From the IMG/VR virus record IMGVR_UViG_3300045996_000972: a stretch of 64,000 nt of DNA, one strand, 5' to 3'. The notes beneath the pieces are model-generated. The model was not told the DNA's origin. It saw only the letters and a program-made list of their open reading frames with translations, and searched no databases. The stretch is from an uncultured virus (IMG/VR IMGVR_UViG_3300045996_000972). Its lineage: Duplodnaviria > Heunggongvirae > Uroviricota > Caudoviricetes. Shown here one piece after another: positions 50,501-58,107 of this stretch (positions are counted from its first letter, which is position 1; every line of letters begins with the position of its first letter). The position numbers and the translations under genes are program-made.

Positions 50501-53500
50501 TGTTATTTCGCCAACCGAAGCGCAGAACGAGTTTATGAAAATGCTTCTTCGTTTCATTGACACGAAGGGGAAGGTTCACAGGGAGGTTCTTGGTTTATCA
50601 AACGGATGGGACGAGGACAAAGACCGTAACCCGGCTTACGCGATCATGGCCACCACTTTCGGCAAGAGACTGGCGCTGGATACCCGCGTGATCAGCCGGA
50701 CTGCAGCACCAGGCGCGAAAATCTCTAGGGCTGCCGATACGATTTATGAGGAATACGTTAAGTCAAACCATTACAAGGGTACGCAGCTTGTGTTTTGCGA
50801 TCTCGCAACACCCAAAAGCCAGAATACCGTTGTCAATCTTTATGACTACTTCCAGAACCTTGACACTTTCACCGAGACGGATCTGAACGAGGTGTTTGGC
50901 GACGATTTCCAGAACAAGGAGAGTAAGCCATCACTTTCCGATATCAAAGAAAGGATGCGAAAGGTGCTTGAATTGACCGATCAGGAAATTGACGGTATGA
51001 TTCAAGAGGCAAATACTTCTGAACCATTCAACGCATACGATGATCTGAAGCACGAATTAATTAAGCGGGGTATTCCTGCCGAGGAAATTGAGTTCATCCA
51101 TAATCACGAAGGAGACGTTAAAAGGCAAGCACTTTACAACAATCTGAATGAGGGCAATGTTCGCGTGGCATTAGGCAGCACTAAGAAAATGGGAACTGGC
51201 GTGAATGTGCAAAAGCGGGTTATAGCTATGCACCACCTGGATATTCAATGGCGGCCATCGGATATGGAGCAACGAAATGGCCGTGGCGAACGCCAGGGTA
51301 ACGAAATGGCGGAGCTGCACAAAAACAACACCGTTGATATTTACTACTATGCTACCGAGAGGTTAATGGATGCTGAAATGTACAGCGTGGTAGGCCAGAA
51401 AGCGGCAATGATTGAATCGCTGAAGTCTGCCGGTGCCGATGTTTATGAGATTGAGGACTTGGAGAGCCAACCGGACATCAGCTTGTTTGCGGCAACCTTA
51501 TCCGGAGATCCTTTATTCAAGGAAAGGGAAGAAACCAGAAAGAGGGTTGACTACCTGCGTAAATCTTTGGCAGCGTTCCGGGACAGCCGATATGAGACGG
51601 AAAAAAGGTTGCGCCATGCTAAAATCATCATCGATGCAAAAAAAGAAACCATCGATGAATTGAAAAAAGCGTTGAAGTACGTTGAGAAAATCCCCAAAAC
51701 GGAGGACGATGAATATATCTTCCAAGCGGAGATTGATGGCGAAACCTACGACAAGGTTGGAGAGGCTGGTGCCGCTGTTGTGAAATTCAACATGGAGGCG
51801 TTATTGTCAAAGCCATACGAGAAAGATTTCAAGATCGGAACAATATGGGGCTTTACGATAGTCGGCCAAATCACCAAGGTTCGCCAGGGTAAAGAAATTA
51901 TCCGAAAAATAATTTCTCCGGATGGCACATTGATAGGGGCAGAGGCGGTGTTCTCCATCAACGATGTTTCAGCGGGAATACAAATCAAGCAGCCGATTAC
52001 CGAAATAGCCAAGAACATCCGGCAAGCGGAAGAATCGATCGCGACACAGACCGCGAACATTCCGAAGTACGAAGAACAACTGAAGGGCGATTTCCCACAC
52101 ATGGCGGAGCTGGAGCAAAAGCAAGCGCGCATGAAGGAGATCGAGGACGAGTTCAGGAAAAGGGAAGAAGAAGAACGTCGCCGGGAGAGTGCAGCCGGTC
52201 AGGAATACGACAAGGAAGACGACGAGGATGGCGACTTGCCAGAGGATGATGATGATATTCGTGAAAACCGCATGGCGGATATGACTGCGCTGATCAACAG
52301 GGCCACCAGTAAAAAGCCGGTAGTAGATGCCAAAGAAGCGGAAAAGCTTTTGAAGCACCTCAGCCAGAAATACGGCATAGAGGGTGTACTGGCCGACCTG
52401 GGCGCGTTTGGTTCCCATGGCCAGTTCAGCCGCAGGGATATGAAGGTTCGGATCAACAGGCTTTCCACGCTGGATAAAGACGGTCAATATTCCGCAGAAA
52501 TAACCGGGAACATCAACCGGAGGACCATCTTCCATGAGTATCTCCACCCGTTTGTTGAGTTATTGAGGGATGCCAACCCCGAATTGTTCAATCAGCTGGC
52601 CGGCCAGGCGGCGGCCGCGGTGGCCGATGATCTTTCCAATTACGCGGCCAGCAAGCGCGAGGAAGAGGTGGTTGTTCGGTATTTGGACCAGCTTTCAGAT
52701 CAAGACCAGCCGCCAAGTGCATGGAAACGGTTTTGGAACGCGATTTCAGAGTTCTTCTTTGGCAAGCGCAAGAACGATCGCGCCACCCTGGAACAGCTAT
52801 CGAAGGACACCACCGTAGAGGAATTGTATAAGATCTTCCAGAATTATGGCAACCTAAAGGCCGATGCCGCGCCGGTTATCGATCGCAATCGTCTTAGCGA
52901 TGAAATCGCTATTACCAAGGTATTGCTGGAAACAACAACGGACGACAATGTTCGTTTGGCGCTGGAACGCATATTGGAGGAGCAAGAGGCTTCGCTGATC
53001 TCCCACGATCAGTCAGCACCCAACAAGGAGCAACGGATCAAAAATGCCCTGCTTACAATGGCATTCAACTCCATTCTTGACGGGATCAGCAAAGAGGATT
53101 TCCTGAACGACACCGTTACCGCGTTCACCGGCCGGTATGGCGGGACGACAGAAGAAAAGAGCAACATCCGGAAAGCCTACGAGCAAGCGGAGCAGCTTTT
53201 GGCCGAAATTGATGCTGCCGTAAACGACCCTGCCGCGATCGATGCGATCATTGACCGGGTGAGCTTCGGACCGCTGGCGGACGATATTCGCCGTTACGCG
53301 GCCCAAAATAAGGGGCAGGGGGCGGCCGAGGAGGAAACGCAGCCGGAGGACGAAGGTGCCGAGGAATCAAGCCAGAATGCGCCAGGGAGCGATTTTCTGG
53401 ACGATTTCCAGCTTACCACGGCCAGCAACAAGATACAGCAGCTCCAATCGGGCAGAACTTTGGAAGAGGTGTACGGCGAAATGCCGGAGGGCGACCAGTC

Positions 53501-54122
53501 GTACCACGTCAACGAGCTGGCCGGGATGATCACCGATGGCGAAGCCATGATCGGCAAGGCCAAGGCGGTATACCAAACGGACGATATTGCTGGTTGGGGT
53601 CCCAAGTTCCTGAACTACCTGAAAACTGCCAGGTGGGAGAACGCGGCGAAGAAAACCATTGCCCTGGGCAGGCTGATCCACCACATCAAAGAGGGTAAGC
53701 TGAATGGCCGGCCGGACCTGAACAGGTTGGAACAGCAAGCCTTAACCTACTGGCAAGAGCTGATGCGCTCCGCGTCCCTTTCACTCAACTCCGGACGTTT
53801 GCTGCGGTTGCTGCGCGACGAGGAGCTTGCCGACTTCTACATCGATCGCATTTTGAACGAGAACGAGGTAAAGGCCAAGCGCGGGATAGTGGAGAACGAG
53901 GGCAGCGTGATCGTTACGGACGACATTGCAGAGAAGGGCAGCAAGACCACAGAGGAAGACGTGGCCGAGCTGGTGGAGAAAACTAAACGCCACGCGAAAG
54001 AGGAAAAGAAAAAAGCGAACACGAAGAAGTATGCGGAAAAGGCGAAGGAGAAAAAATCTGAATTGGAAAATTCCGACCTGATAGACAAAATCAAAAACTT
54101 TTTAAACAACCTGAAATGCTAA
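38508..54122 (+). CDS. 5204-aa polyvalent (DarB-like) protein: C5-cytosine MTase, N6-adenine MTase, SNF2 helicase, HExxH zincin
   Basis: SLFDFTG 44817, PC 45081, ENP 45279; VLETSAGVGNFF 47385, NVPF 47586; DHMVGAGKT 49572, DESQ 50055, QRNGRGERQGN about 51270; HEYLH 52533. Confidence 0.85.
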   Translation: MGKITRQSDKFKSTDNPLAGTEAGDATNPLLQFNEQLKKKAGSSSTSTDGSAGGEKVEDSPSSSTGNNPLLTFNKEQKLAPNEVAGDLQSIVDEEKKRAPVSLSKKALEGESFLDTDFSQHGASTAAFDIKTLLPKPMGPQPAPDPFTSHTPKPYANSNLLKTYISKRAATVDAEIARKEADMKEAYKRVSMSEMVTVRNSPGYKARKADIEASKSYKKQLFSAAESVMTKLAVEEKLSIKSKKDLTAQDLEEVGEMRRLVSGDTEIERDLANVQKAKGAKKHQQYTEKVKSTNFLYGQDALNNYMAESHQEKFTAAKPKIEQMIELVKQRDSTSNQKEAVKAHEQILALSKDEEVKNFMDDLKDIYDIQTKGTEEFKQKYPQQYREQLRRKAITAWGKIEDSKFVSVGPAVMNTSDPTDVFAGLKYLWSNLVGSNPESDKDWNAISRMTGIPVATLKDINKDELEGWFSSNENWFGESDAIRRPGLFMKLGHSFDEMASKLFVQGPRRFFRVEDVDLKNKSLQTKMEAFHFQPQDDKLITDHGDFNFNPRSILNTIGETSGQVAVFGGPSSAIGGLVKGLSAEATAGANIVSKIATGGTTFTTGYLASYEDAYQEAAKYTKDEGKRRAYASWDAFANGISELILPDSKILESIAGAGGKTSFKAFEKAVAEKGTTIALFERVGAFAKEAGKVIGAENLEEFVPIIVSSYTKPGILDVHPEPGETANEFIQSMVQTTIGTLGIGIGAGLGASRGVGQIRRESLFEAGNEPEKYINHYNALAAAGKMNQDEANKNIRIVNTMTGIIKGLPKNNLKGNPLTYDEKVELAAQQYRIRMNQHIADTSPIDALKTTAEQDSIEAEAAQQEILEGKSPIQEVITMLRDNKASFPLYGKLIDSNPEEVVRFIADQALGRAGDGTMLGGNQREQTEKVFGKDLVEKAISIFPLEEKNEQPAEPAKTPAKPVPKQDLLDDALDAPEIKPEPVKTTEVVAKVPKKDLLDEALNEDELVEELDVEPFVKPIAMDLLKIERAVANNGYNISIDYDDEILLTDKKGDIVEPDDVPDSIKPMVEQYATYIANIAEIAGNPMARVEKYRKEHDGEDAEFEVVEPNALPAPTVSEKYSEPQDSQYGKFKVSIKPKDGKLEVAVEERDEKTGQHKKSSAYTHSFKSMAAAEKYADGVLKKDTTKPEAKVSDEDQKLADQLTEERREAVTSRLMRLQKEYNRTPASYTTQLSNLRQEIHALAQKIGAVVHMGDVTHSNSRKTSKRDIELKDAEGKPLARKKSRISEDDIENAISLGDRSPEFQAFIDAAMDDILHSVQPGSASRLDNGMATDQIKSGINALKKGRPNKYTYDLLDSLETMFNAGYIDFVQYSSGHSNRQAVPVGYYTTTQEAIAQAVDELEAEELQTFEDLNIVPMDVFDQVPEWWVNYFADTITEELGDDFLPEDFLEKQKDFESIYDDAFNDDSIFNLQNKEDDTKTAKRATPGAADQPISADSSERDIKEPAESGSEEIAEEVKPKTKEQELRDQLAKDKADFKEALRKSRGQMNMGIDPQVIASGIKLLTSYTKLGIYKFSEIASDLINDFGKEFFDEENTEALRGVYSYYRSNLPKDERGKMETDDQVDAEIEKINSIEPEVVPSESISAAPQITFNTTADKSLTGALHHLQLPSGTISVVVVPDGFTKKVYELTSGHPIALTSEFTDEGAIADIVDQLMEKSFTVDKLYNNIFQYEQTNGLNGKIGPRNDSFYYNEYKNERLAQEENRPFAHTEEQREWLRNFAKEAIEKGAVDIARFATHAVDAKGTGWGFSEQNWHSRLQNELDKREVRRLRAANEPIPAELRSDFKAFNPSEEGLKENLLGKTDRTNKIDPELYTSVILPAWEKYATIYNHFGYLPEDFPRVDSSDASTQGHIDLHTSILLAAIHSRSGDKEARITEATKDVEADAEFINIVFEKYGFEAPSPVILLSIYDVHADDVIRHVPSSTKYRVINPDTGELEIIGKPNAKIVVADINEEAYVLVENNFKPKEIEQDDDQEDDDQDIDRTFGEGNAFPVPTKVFNADIAGKNGPFVTPEEAEATLESWRVAAEELAKTQDNSKKVVISLFDFTGVATQGYHLAGYTTIHLDIQHKEDEGEPGEIDYETITEALKSGERRLSARVDMAEEFPEVMFQLKQALVDMGYTVEGVFSFTPCTTFAASGAKHWKTLHEVESFDEVMKRYGWWAAKHFDTPHEYNKYLVSVTEQWLLTMNPTRFSAMENPVGRIHTETGLPEPALLFHPHNFGDPYTKKTQIWGKFNPMLPMNNVYPSEGSKIQSKLSSKQKVERSATPEGFAMAFFMANSDAAQQGQAPVPAEQAAILEADIQVAQNDKTPEQKAIEDMIAQKQAELANAEKDLRKTGRNTDKRIMNNTPDLWGETQEQRDIFGGTVDASARGKATEKKRNKVERLKNELNKLSKQLEAVSGQPSAQQEIFTPEEGKKEYDFSFPNHVELLTNGATVSDANEIWSESQEKLEDYLKPIKDQIQLLAEQYRDQKDKKVKATIKAEIDRLQSEGDDIQAAYNRAQNTDYDITLAFVKRRAQADGIALTDNEAVDATGELYATMYERPGVEWSWEEKIDSVVTYVLSAYRDQDSDAFDLVKTPTHEKAAEYLGTGTNNPASGWFYSMLNSFASNNLTDLVENNMIEAISEGLENDADYSSALEQLENILGVTLQGDRQQAYDQLKKKWDSIFGNKTQPNEPENNTGTGGAAVRSERPDAAGNAEGTQSAEVSGTVAVGATDANADQGGTGVQRQPGLFDEQTGVQPERGQGNSVAADNAAVRNKVKNFYLPDDYQEETTFNKRKRFADNIAALQTLLTLQKEARMPNSEEQLLLAKFVGWGGLKQIEIDPEVDSKWNVQSDLQYRDMVRTARNIIKELDPDGKRAMLDAAIKSTANAHYTSFPVIKAMYDAIGKMGFTGGTVLETSAGVGNFFAAMPSSFSHHSQLTAIEKDDITGMILQCLYPNAATFVNGYENVALPNNHYDLAISNVPFGKIGIIDANFRNNKDKRYATAASRIHNYFFVRTMQHLRPGGVMAFITSRYTLDSMEAKEVRELLAEQGEFLGAVRLPDTAFKANAGTEVVTDIIFFRKYEEGEAPKENQPFLRVLDRDITENDHTVKVKYNEYFHANPDHMIGQITFGGLYREDEFFLMGDPKSDIRAEINTATDRFLNKKLFHEHQKNVNQKIKKDVDAYVEKGDYDKVGNLVTLANGDVGRVTGEFFVNEELDQKARDLGINPDSIRLGKITWYEQETLTKNGLKPDMWDIKTVTKISTNAKSRKYAPELINIRNLATKLFMQEVQDFPEYLIDETRAELKSAYEKFKKQHGFINTNKEVVKFLENEADQHTIRALEIFDKPANQWKPSDLFVKRTIRPAKTITRTDNVRDALIISFQEYGNVNMDRMAELMGKTVEEVFESEQKEGGLLFKTPAGEYVDREDYLSGNVKKKLAEAKEAGLDHNVAELNKVIPEDIPAGQKIFSPLQARWIPEDIIQQFLEEVVTGGTRIRLKYDKVKDEYSVNIYGSTPETQALNTDRRSASWILQHALKGKEPVVEWTDDDGKKHLDEQDTMKAVELYKMVREKFDNWKWEDVDRREKLARIYNDLFNTTVERQYDGSHLQFPGMNTHPVNGFSLRPHQKDAVWRFVQTGGGIADHMVGAGKTLIMIATVMEMRRLGKSKKPMIIGLKSQVPQMVAEFRKAYPLAKVLYPSKNEFDAKNRKRMLSQIATNDWDCVVLTHDQFNKIQQSVEIHKALLDELLDDLKEQLAMEDNKNERKKIQKRIDSYEEKISKLLDADKDRDVMNFAELGVDFLAVDESQEYKNLEYTTRHQNIRGLGNVAGSKRAFNLLIASRQIQAIHQEDHGILFASGTPISNTLAELYLLFKYLRPAKMRELGINTFDKWASTFADQATELEFSGGRWKEISRFRRFANVPGLLSLYREIADVRNRTNLVLPRPEAKHHLVVISPTEAQNEFMKMLLRFIDTKGKVHREVLGLSNGWDEDKDRNPAYAIMATTFGKRLALDTRVISRTAAPGAKISRAADTIYEEYVKSNHYKGTQLVFCDLATPKSQNTVVNLYDYFQNLDTFTETDLNEVFGDDFQNKESKPSLSDIKERMRKVLELTDQEIDGMIQEANTSEPFNAYDDLKHELIKRGIPAEEIEFIHNHEGDVKRQALYNNLNEGNVRVALGSTKKMGTGVNVQKRVIAMHHLDIQWRPSDMEQRNGRGERQGNEMAELHKNNTVDIYYYATERLMDAEMYSVVGQKAAMIESLKSAGADVYEIEDLESQPDISLFAATLSGDPLFKEREETRKRVDYLRKSLAAFRDSRYETEKRLRHAKIIIDAKKETIDELKKALKYVEKIPKTEDDEYIFQAEIDGETYDKVGEAGAAVVKFNMEALLSKPYEKDFKIGTIWGFTIVGQITKVRQGKEIIRKIISPDGTLIGAEAVFSINDVSAGIQIKQPITEIAKNIRQAEESIATQTANIPKYEEQLKGDFPHMAELEQKQARMKEIEDEFRKREEEERRRESAAGQEYDKEDDEDGDLPEDDDDIRENRMADMTALINRATSKKPVVDAKEAEKLLKHLSQKYGIEGVLADLGAFGSHGQFSRRDMKVRINRLSTLDKDGQYSAEITGNINRRTIFHEYLHPFVELLRDANPELFNQLAGQAAAAVADDLSNYAASKREEEVVVRYLDQLSDQDQPPSAWKRFWNAISEFFFGKRKNDRATLEQLSKDTTVEELYKIFQNYGNLKADAAPVIDRNRLSDEIAITKVLLETTTDDNVRLALERILEEQEASLISHDQSAPNKEQRIKNALLTMAFNSILDGISKEDFLNDTVTAFTGRYGGTTEEKSNIRKAYEQAEQLLAEIDAAVNDPAAIDAIIDRVSFGPLADDIRRYAAQNKGQGAAEEETQPEDEGAEESSQNAPGSDFLDDFQLTTASNKIQQLQSGRTLEEVYGEMPEGDQSYHVNELAGMITDGEAMIGKAKAVYQTDDIAGWGPKFLNYLKTARWENAAKKTIALGRLIHHIKEGKLNGRPDLNRLEQQALTYWQELMRSASLSLNSGRLLRLLRDEELADFYIDRILNENEVKAKRGIVENEGSVIVTDDIAEKGSKTTEEDVAELVEKTKRHAKEEKKKANTKKYAEKAKEKKSELENSDLIDKIKNFLNNLKC
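46717..46977 (+). CDS. nested +1-frame TnpV-like small protein
   Basis: GQMLLEMLKEHNQPKYRELSQSGQLMPML..AE..Y; TAAAACTCAACCAA leader; overlies a low-complexity linker of the giant ORF. Confidence 0.55.
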   Translation: MSQKIIQEQEAQQLGVNGQMLLEMLKEHNQPKYRELSQSGQLMPMLTKAEQEYSDNLDFLMNKQGYNQSEAREIAWPQITQRFGIK

Positions 54123-57121
54123 GTGTATCGTGTTTGCTTAACAATACTCAACTGGCGCAAGATCTCCGGACACTGGTAGAGTACATCGCTTATCAACGGG
54201 CTGCCGATATGGGGAGAGCTCCGTTGACTTCGGTGTTCAATGATATTAGAAAAGCCGGGATTGAAATTGACCTCAAAACGATCGGGTACATATACGCTGA
54301 CGTTCTCCCGTTACAGGAAGAAGCGTTCGACAGCCTTGCGGAAATTGAAAAGACGGTAGGAAAGAAATTTTCGGACCTAACAAGGGCACTGATCACCATG
54401 CAGCCCAAGTCTGGAGAGAAAACCATCGATACAGCGTCACCCGAGGAATTTGTCGCGCAAGGTATTGCCAGACCGTTTTATCATGCGATGCGCCCGGATG
54501 ATAGTACGGAATCCGTAATGGTGCAAATGCAAAAGGCGTTACTCCGTGGTGCCCAACGGATGCTGAACAAAGAAGGTTTCCCTTCCAAGGCAACCACCAG
54601 AAAGGACTACGAGCAATTGATCAGCCAGGCACTAGCCTTGGAGACTACCGGATATACGGACCTTAACGGGTACATGAACAACATCGAGGATCTGTTTTCG
54701 GCAGCACAGGAAGAATTGCAGAAGATCGCCAATGAATATACCCTGAAGGGCATGAGCCAAGCGGATATTGCTCAATTCCATGAGTATATCAAAGGGTTTA
54801 AAAGTGCCACATACAGCCTCCTTTTCACAAAGCAGGAAGCCAACCAGGTGCTTACCGGCGCACTCCGGGATGCCGGTTTTGCCAAAACACTGGCCAACGG
54901 GAAAGAGATCACCGACTGGCATAAGCTGGCCGGCCAGGTAAACAGCGTTCAGGATCTTCGGAACAACGTTGAAAAGGCTTTACTTTCCAAAGGGTTCAGC
55001 CAGCGCGCCACCGATTCGATAAAAAACGCCTTGGAGGTAGAGTTCAACGAGCTATTCGCGAAGGTGCTTCAGCGGTCCGCCAACATTCTCGCGCAAAAAC
55101 ACAAACGCCAAACTACCGGCAACAAAATATCGAAAACCGATATGGAACGGCTGGCCGAATTGTACAACCTTGGGATATTCAACAGCACACACGATCAGGT
55201 GCTATACAAGCTCCTTGGGGTGGATTCAATGGCCGCGCACGACATGATGGAAATAAAGGATCTGGCCAAAAGCGTGGCGGGGCTGGCCCGGCACCTGGAC
55301 GACAAGGACATTTTCGCCTCTTATGCGTTTCAGGACCTGCAGCAGAAGATCAACTACATCGTTTCCCGGAATATTAGCAACAAAACCAAGTTGATTAAGG
55401 TTGTATCAACGGCACATAAATTCATATCCGTAATGAACGGTGGCCGTATTGCCAATGCGTTCAATGCACTTGAAAACAACCTGTCAGCGGTAAAAGAACT
55501 ATTCGCCACCAATATTCAGATGATAAAGCAGATGGGGTGGGGGGAAGCTACGCGCGAATGGAAGTTATTCAGCAATGTGTGGTGGGATGTGTTCAGGCAT
55601 GGCGGGATCCGGTACGGCGAGGATCATACCCATTTCAGCAACAGGGAAAACGTTGAATACAATGTCAGCCGGAAAGACACCAAGTTCCGGAAGTTCATGT
55701 TTGTGGTCACTTCGCCTGGTCGCGCGTTCTTAACAGCATCGGATAACGCTTTCAAAGCGGTCCTGCACAAGAAGATATTCATGATGGCCATTCACAAGGC
55801 ACTGCGTCAAAATGGAATGACCAAGGAGGAGGCGAACAATTTTCTGAACGAGGCGTTGTATGGTAAGAACTTCGAGGCCGCCAAGGCACAGGCTGAAAAA
55901 ATACTCCAGCTATACAACCTGAAAGCTACCCCGCAAACGATCGTAAGGCTGGCCAATGACCTTGTAGTGGCAAACCTTAACACCGGGGGCGTCGTTTCCA
56001 TGGAGCTGATCAAAGCGGCCAAGAAAAGCTCCTTCAATGTTGCAGCGATCGGGTTGGGCCATAGGGCCCAGGACAAAAACTTTCTGGCGAAGCGTATCGA
56101 AAACCACAAGCAAGCCGTTGCCAAAGAGGAACAAGAGTTGGCCAATAAAAAGGACTGGAACGCACTGGCCAGGGCCCGGGCGACAAACATGGTTTGGAAT
56201 GATCTGATATTCCCGTTCATGAGCGGTATCACCAACTGGATATACCTGAAAGTGCAATCCGGGTTCGGCGTAGGTATCGCCAGCGGGTTAATGGGTAAGT
56301 GGAAAACCGACATAGATTTCAGTTCAGAAAAGGCGATCGAGGAAAGCATATTCAACATGCGCAATGACAGCCAGAAGATCGCAAGGGGTATCATTGGCCT
56401 TTCATACGCCAGTGTATTCTACGCTACGGTGGCGGCATTGGCTGGCGGCGGGGATGATGAAGAAGAAAAATCCGCGATGGAAAAAGCCTTTGCCGCGGTC
56501 AAGGGCGATTATGTGTTAAATAAGTTCTTCAAAAAAGGTGCACCAGATATCATGCTGATGCACTACATGATGAGTACGAACTGGTATCACAAGAAAAACC
56601 CTAATGATCCGTCGATCGGGAATACTCTTGGAGCACTGGAATACGTTCAAAACCTTTTCAACTTGGGTTCCAGCTACACCATGGAGGGGCAAATCATGGC
56701 GGCTGGTCAAGACTTGGGAAAGGGAAAATCAGAGGCGGCAGCCGGTGATTTAGGCAATGCGCTTGGTAGCCGGGTTGACTTCCCGCTTTGGAGAGCTTAC
56801 AAGGGATATTGGCAAGTTATTCAATGGGGGGCAGGCCAAGACGTAGAGAGCGATTATAAAAAGCCTCTTACGTTTACTGACGGCCTATTCGCTGGCGGGT
56901 TTTTGGAAGATATGGGCATCTGGAACCGGGAAGTACCGATCGGCGCGGTGCCAGGCGTAGGAGACGCAACGCTGCAACAACTGCAAAAGCAAGGGATCAA
57001 TACTTTCGAGCAGTTAAAAGGCATGAAGCTGGACGAGATCAGGAACGAAAAGGGGCACCGGATATTCGGCAAGAATGAGATTGAACGTTTCAATAAGTTT
57101 GTAGAACAAGAGAGCAAATGA
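54116..57121 (+). CDS. large helical internal virion protein with C-terminal helix-hairpin-helix
   Basis: 1001 aa; VPGVGDATLQQLQKQGINTFEQL HhH motif. Confidence 0.65.
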   Translation: MLSVSCLLNNTQLAQDLRTLVEYIAYQRAADMGRAPLTSVFNDIRKAGIEIDLKTIGYIYADVLPLQEEAFDSLAEIEKTVGKKFSDLTRALITMQPKSGEKTIDTASPEEFVAQGIARPFYHAMRPDDSTESVMVQMQKALLRGAQRMLNKEGFPSKATTRKDYEQLISQALALETTGYTDLNGYMNNIEDLFSAAQEELQKIANEYTLKGMSQADIAQFHEYIKGFKSATYSLLFTKQEANQVLTGALRDAGFAKTLANGKEITDWHKLAGQVNSVQDLRNNVEKALLSKGFSQRATDSIKNALEVEFNELFAKVLQRSANILAQKHKRQTTGNKISKTDMERLAELYNLGIFNSTHDQVLYKLLGVDSMAAHDMMEIKDLAKSVAGLARHLDDKDIFASYAFQDLQQKINYIVSRNISNKTKLIKVVSTAHKFISVMNGGRIANAFNALENNLSAVKELFATNIQMIKQMGWGEATREWKLFSNVWWDVFRHGGIRYGEDHTHFSNRENVEYNVSRKDTKFRKFMFVVTSPGRAFLTASDNAFKAVLHKKIFMMAIHKALRQNGMTKEEANNFLNEALYGKNFEAAKAQAEKILQLYNLKATPQTIVRLANDLVVANLNTGGVVSMELIKAAKKSSFNVAAIGLGHRAQDKNFLAKRIENHKQAVAKEEQELANKKDWNALARARATNMVWNDLIFPFMSGITNWIYLKVQSGFGVGIASGLMGKWKTDIDFSSEKAIEESIFNMRNDSQKIARGIIGLSYASVFYATVAALAGGGDDEEEKSAMEKAFAAVKGDYVLNKFFKKGAPDIMLMHYMMSTNWYHKKNPNDPSIGNTLGALEYVQNLFNLGSSYTMEGQIMAAGQDLGKGKSEAAAGDLGNALGSRVDFPLWRAYKGYWQVIQWGAGQDVESDYKKPLTFTDGLFAGGFLEDMGIWNREVPIGAVPGVGDATLQQLQKQGINTFEQLKGMKLDEIRNEKGHRIFGKNEIERFNKFVEQESK

Positions 57122-57717
57122 TCGCGAATATTTACCAACGATTAAAGGACGAGCAGGATCCTGAAGAAATCAAGTCGTTACTGGAAAGTTCCGGCCGGAT
57201 TGAAATTTTCGAACGAGTAATATCTTCCTACGAAAATTGGGTGCCGGTGTTCAAGTTCATCCTATTTAGCTATTCGATAGAGAGTGATCACATTCAAAAT
57301 GGCGACAATTGGGAGCAAACCCGGAAGGAGATCGCCAACCTGGTCGGCATCCAACTGGACGATCGGTTAAACTTCGAGGAGATTGTTTATTTAAAAGCTG
57401 AACCGGTTTGGAAAACCGTTGACCAGTACCTCAAATTCCAGCAAAGCCGGGAGTTCCGGCACCTGATGGGGTTGCGCGCTGCGTATGAACGAATGATATC
57501 TTCGCTGTTTGCCGAAATGGACTTTGATCAGCAAGCCAAGAATACTGTTCACGCGCAGAACATATGGGATAAAATAGGCGAATATGAGCAGATGGTGAGG
57601 CAGAGATATGGCGAAGCATTTATGAAGGTGCTGAAAGACACCACACCAGATATAAGGGAAAGGAAGAAAGCGAAGGGCGGGTTGACACTGGAAGATTCCC
57701 CTTATATTGGGACCTGA
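57118..57717 (+). CDS. putative terminase small subunit
   Basis: Helical, 199 aa, upstream of TerL; call rests on position only. Confidence 0.4.
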   Translation: MIANIYQRLKDEQDPEEIKSLLESSGRIEIFERVISSYENWVPVFKFILFSYSIESDHIQNGDNWEQTRKEIANLVGIQLDDRLNFEEIVYLKAEPVWKTVDQYLKFQQSREFRHLMGLRAAYERMISSLFAEMDFDQQAKNTVHAQNIWDKIGEYEQMVRQRYGEAFMKVLKDTTPDIRERKKAKGGLTLEDSPYIGT

Positions 57718-57743
57718 TACATCACATAAAACCCCAAAGAGCA

Positions 57744-58094
57744 ATGAAAGAACTTTATAGCTCCCATGCCGACGAGCTGAAGGTGGCCGAAGAACGGCCA
57801 ATCAGGAAAGCTGCCGAGTTTCGCGGCCGCACCCCACTCCGCAAAGGACAAACCTGCTACGAGCTGAACCTGGCTACCGGCGAAATAAAGCCAGCAGAGT
57901 ACGAGACTGTAACCGCGCCATACATGAGCAAGGCAAGCCAGATCGGCTTCCTAATGAGCGGAGGGACCGTTATCGCGGCCGGCAGTACTCACCGGAAGCT
58001 GATGATCCGGGAGGGATGCCTGTATGAGATCGCATTGAACGACACAAATGCCAAGCGAAAGTTTGAAAATCGTCTGGCTCCTTTCAAAAAATAA
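57744..58094 (+). CDS. hypothetical protein
   Basis: ORF track; A/C-rich leader. Confidence 0.6.
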   Translation: MKELYSSHADELKVAEERPIRKAAEFRGRTPLRKGQTCYELNLATGEIKPAEYETVTAPYMSKASQIGFLMSGGTVIAAGSTHRKLMIREGCLYEIALNDTNAKRKFENRLAPFKK

Positions 58095-58107
58095 GGCTCC
58101 ACCCCCA

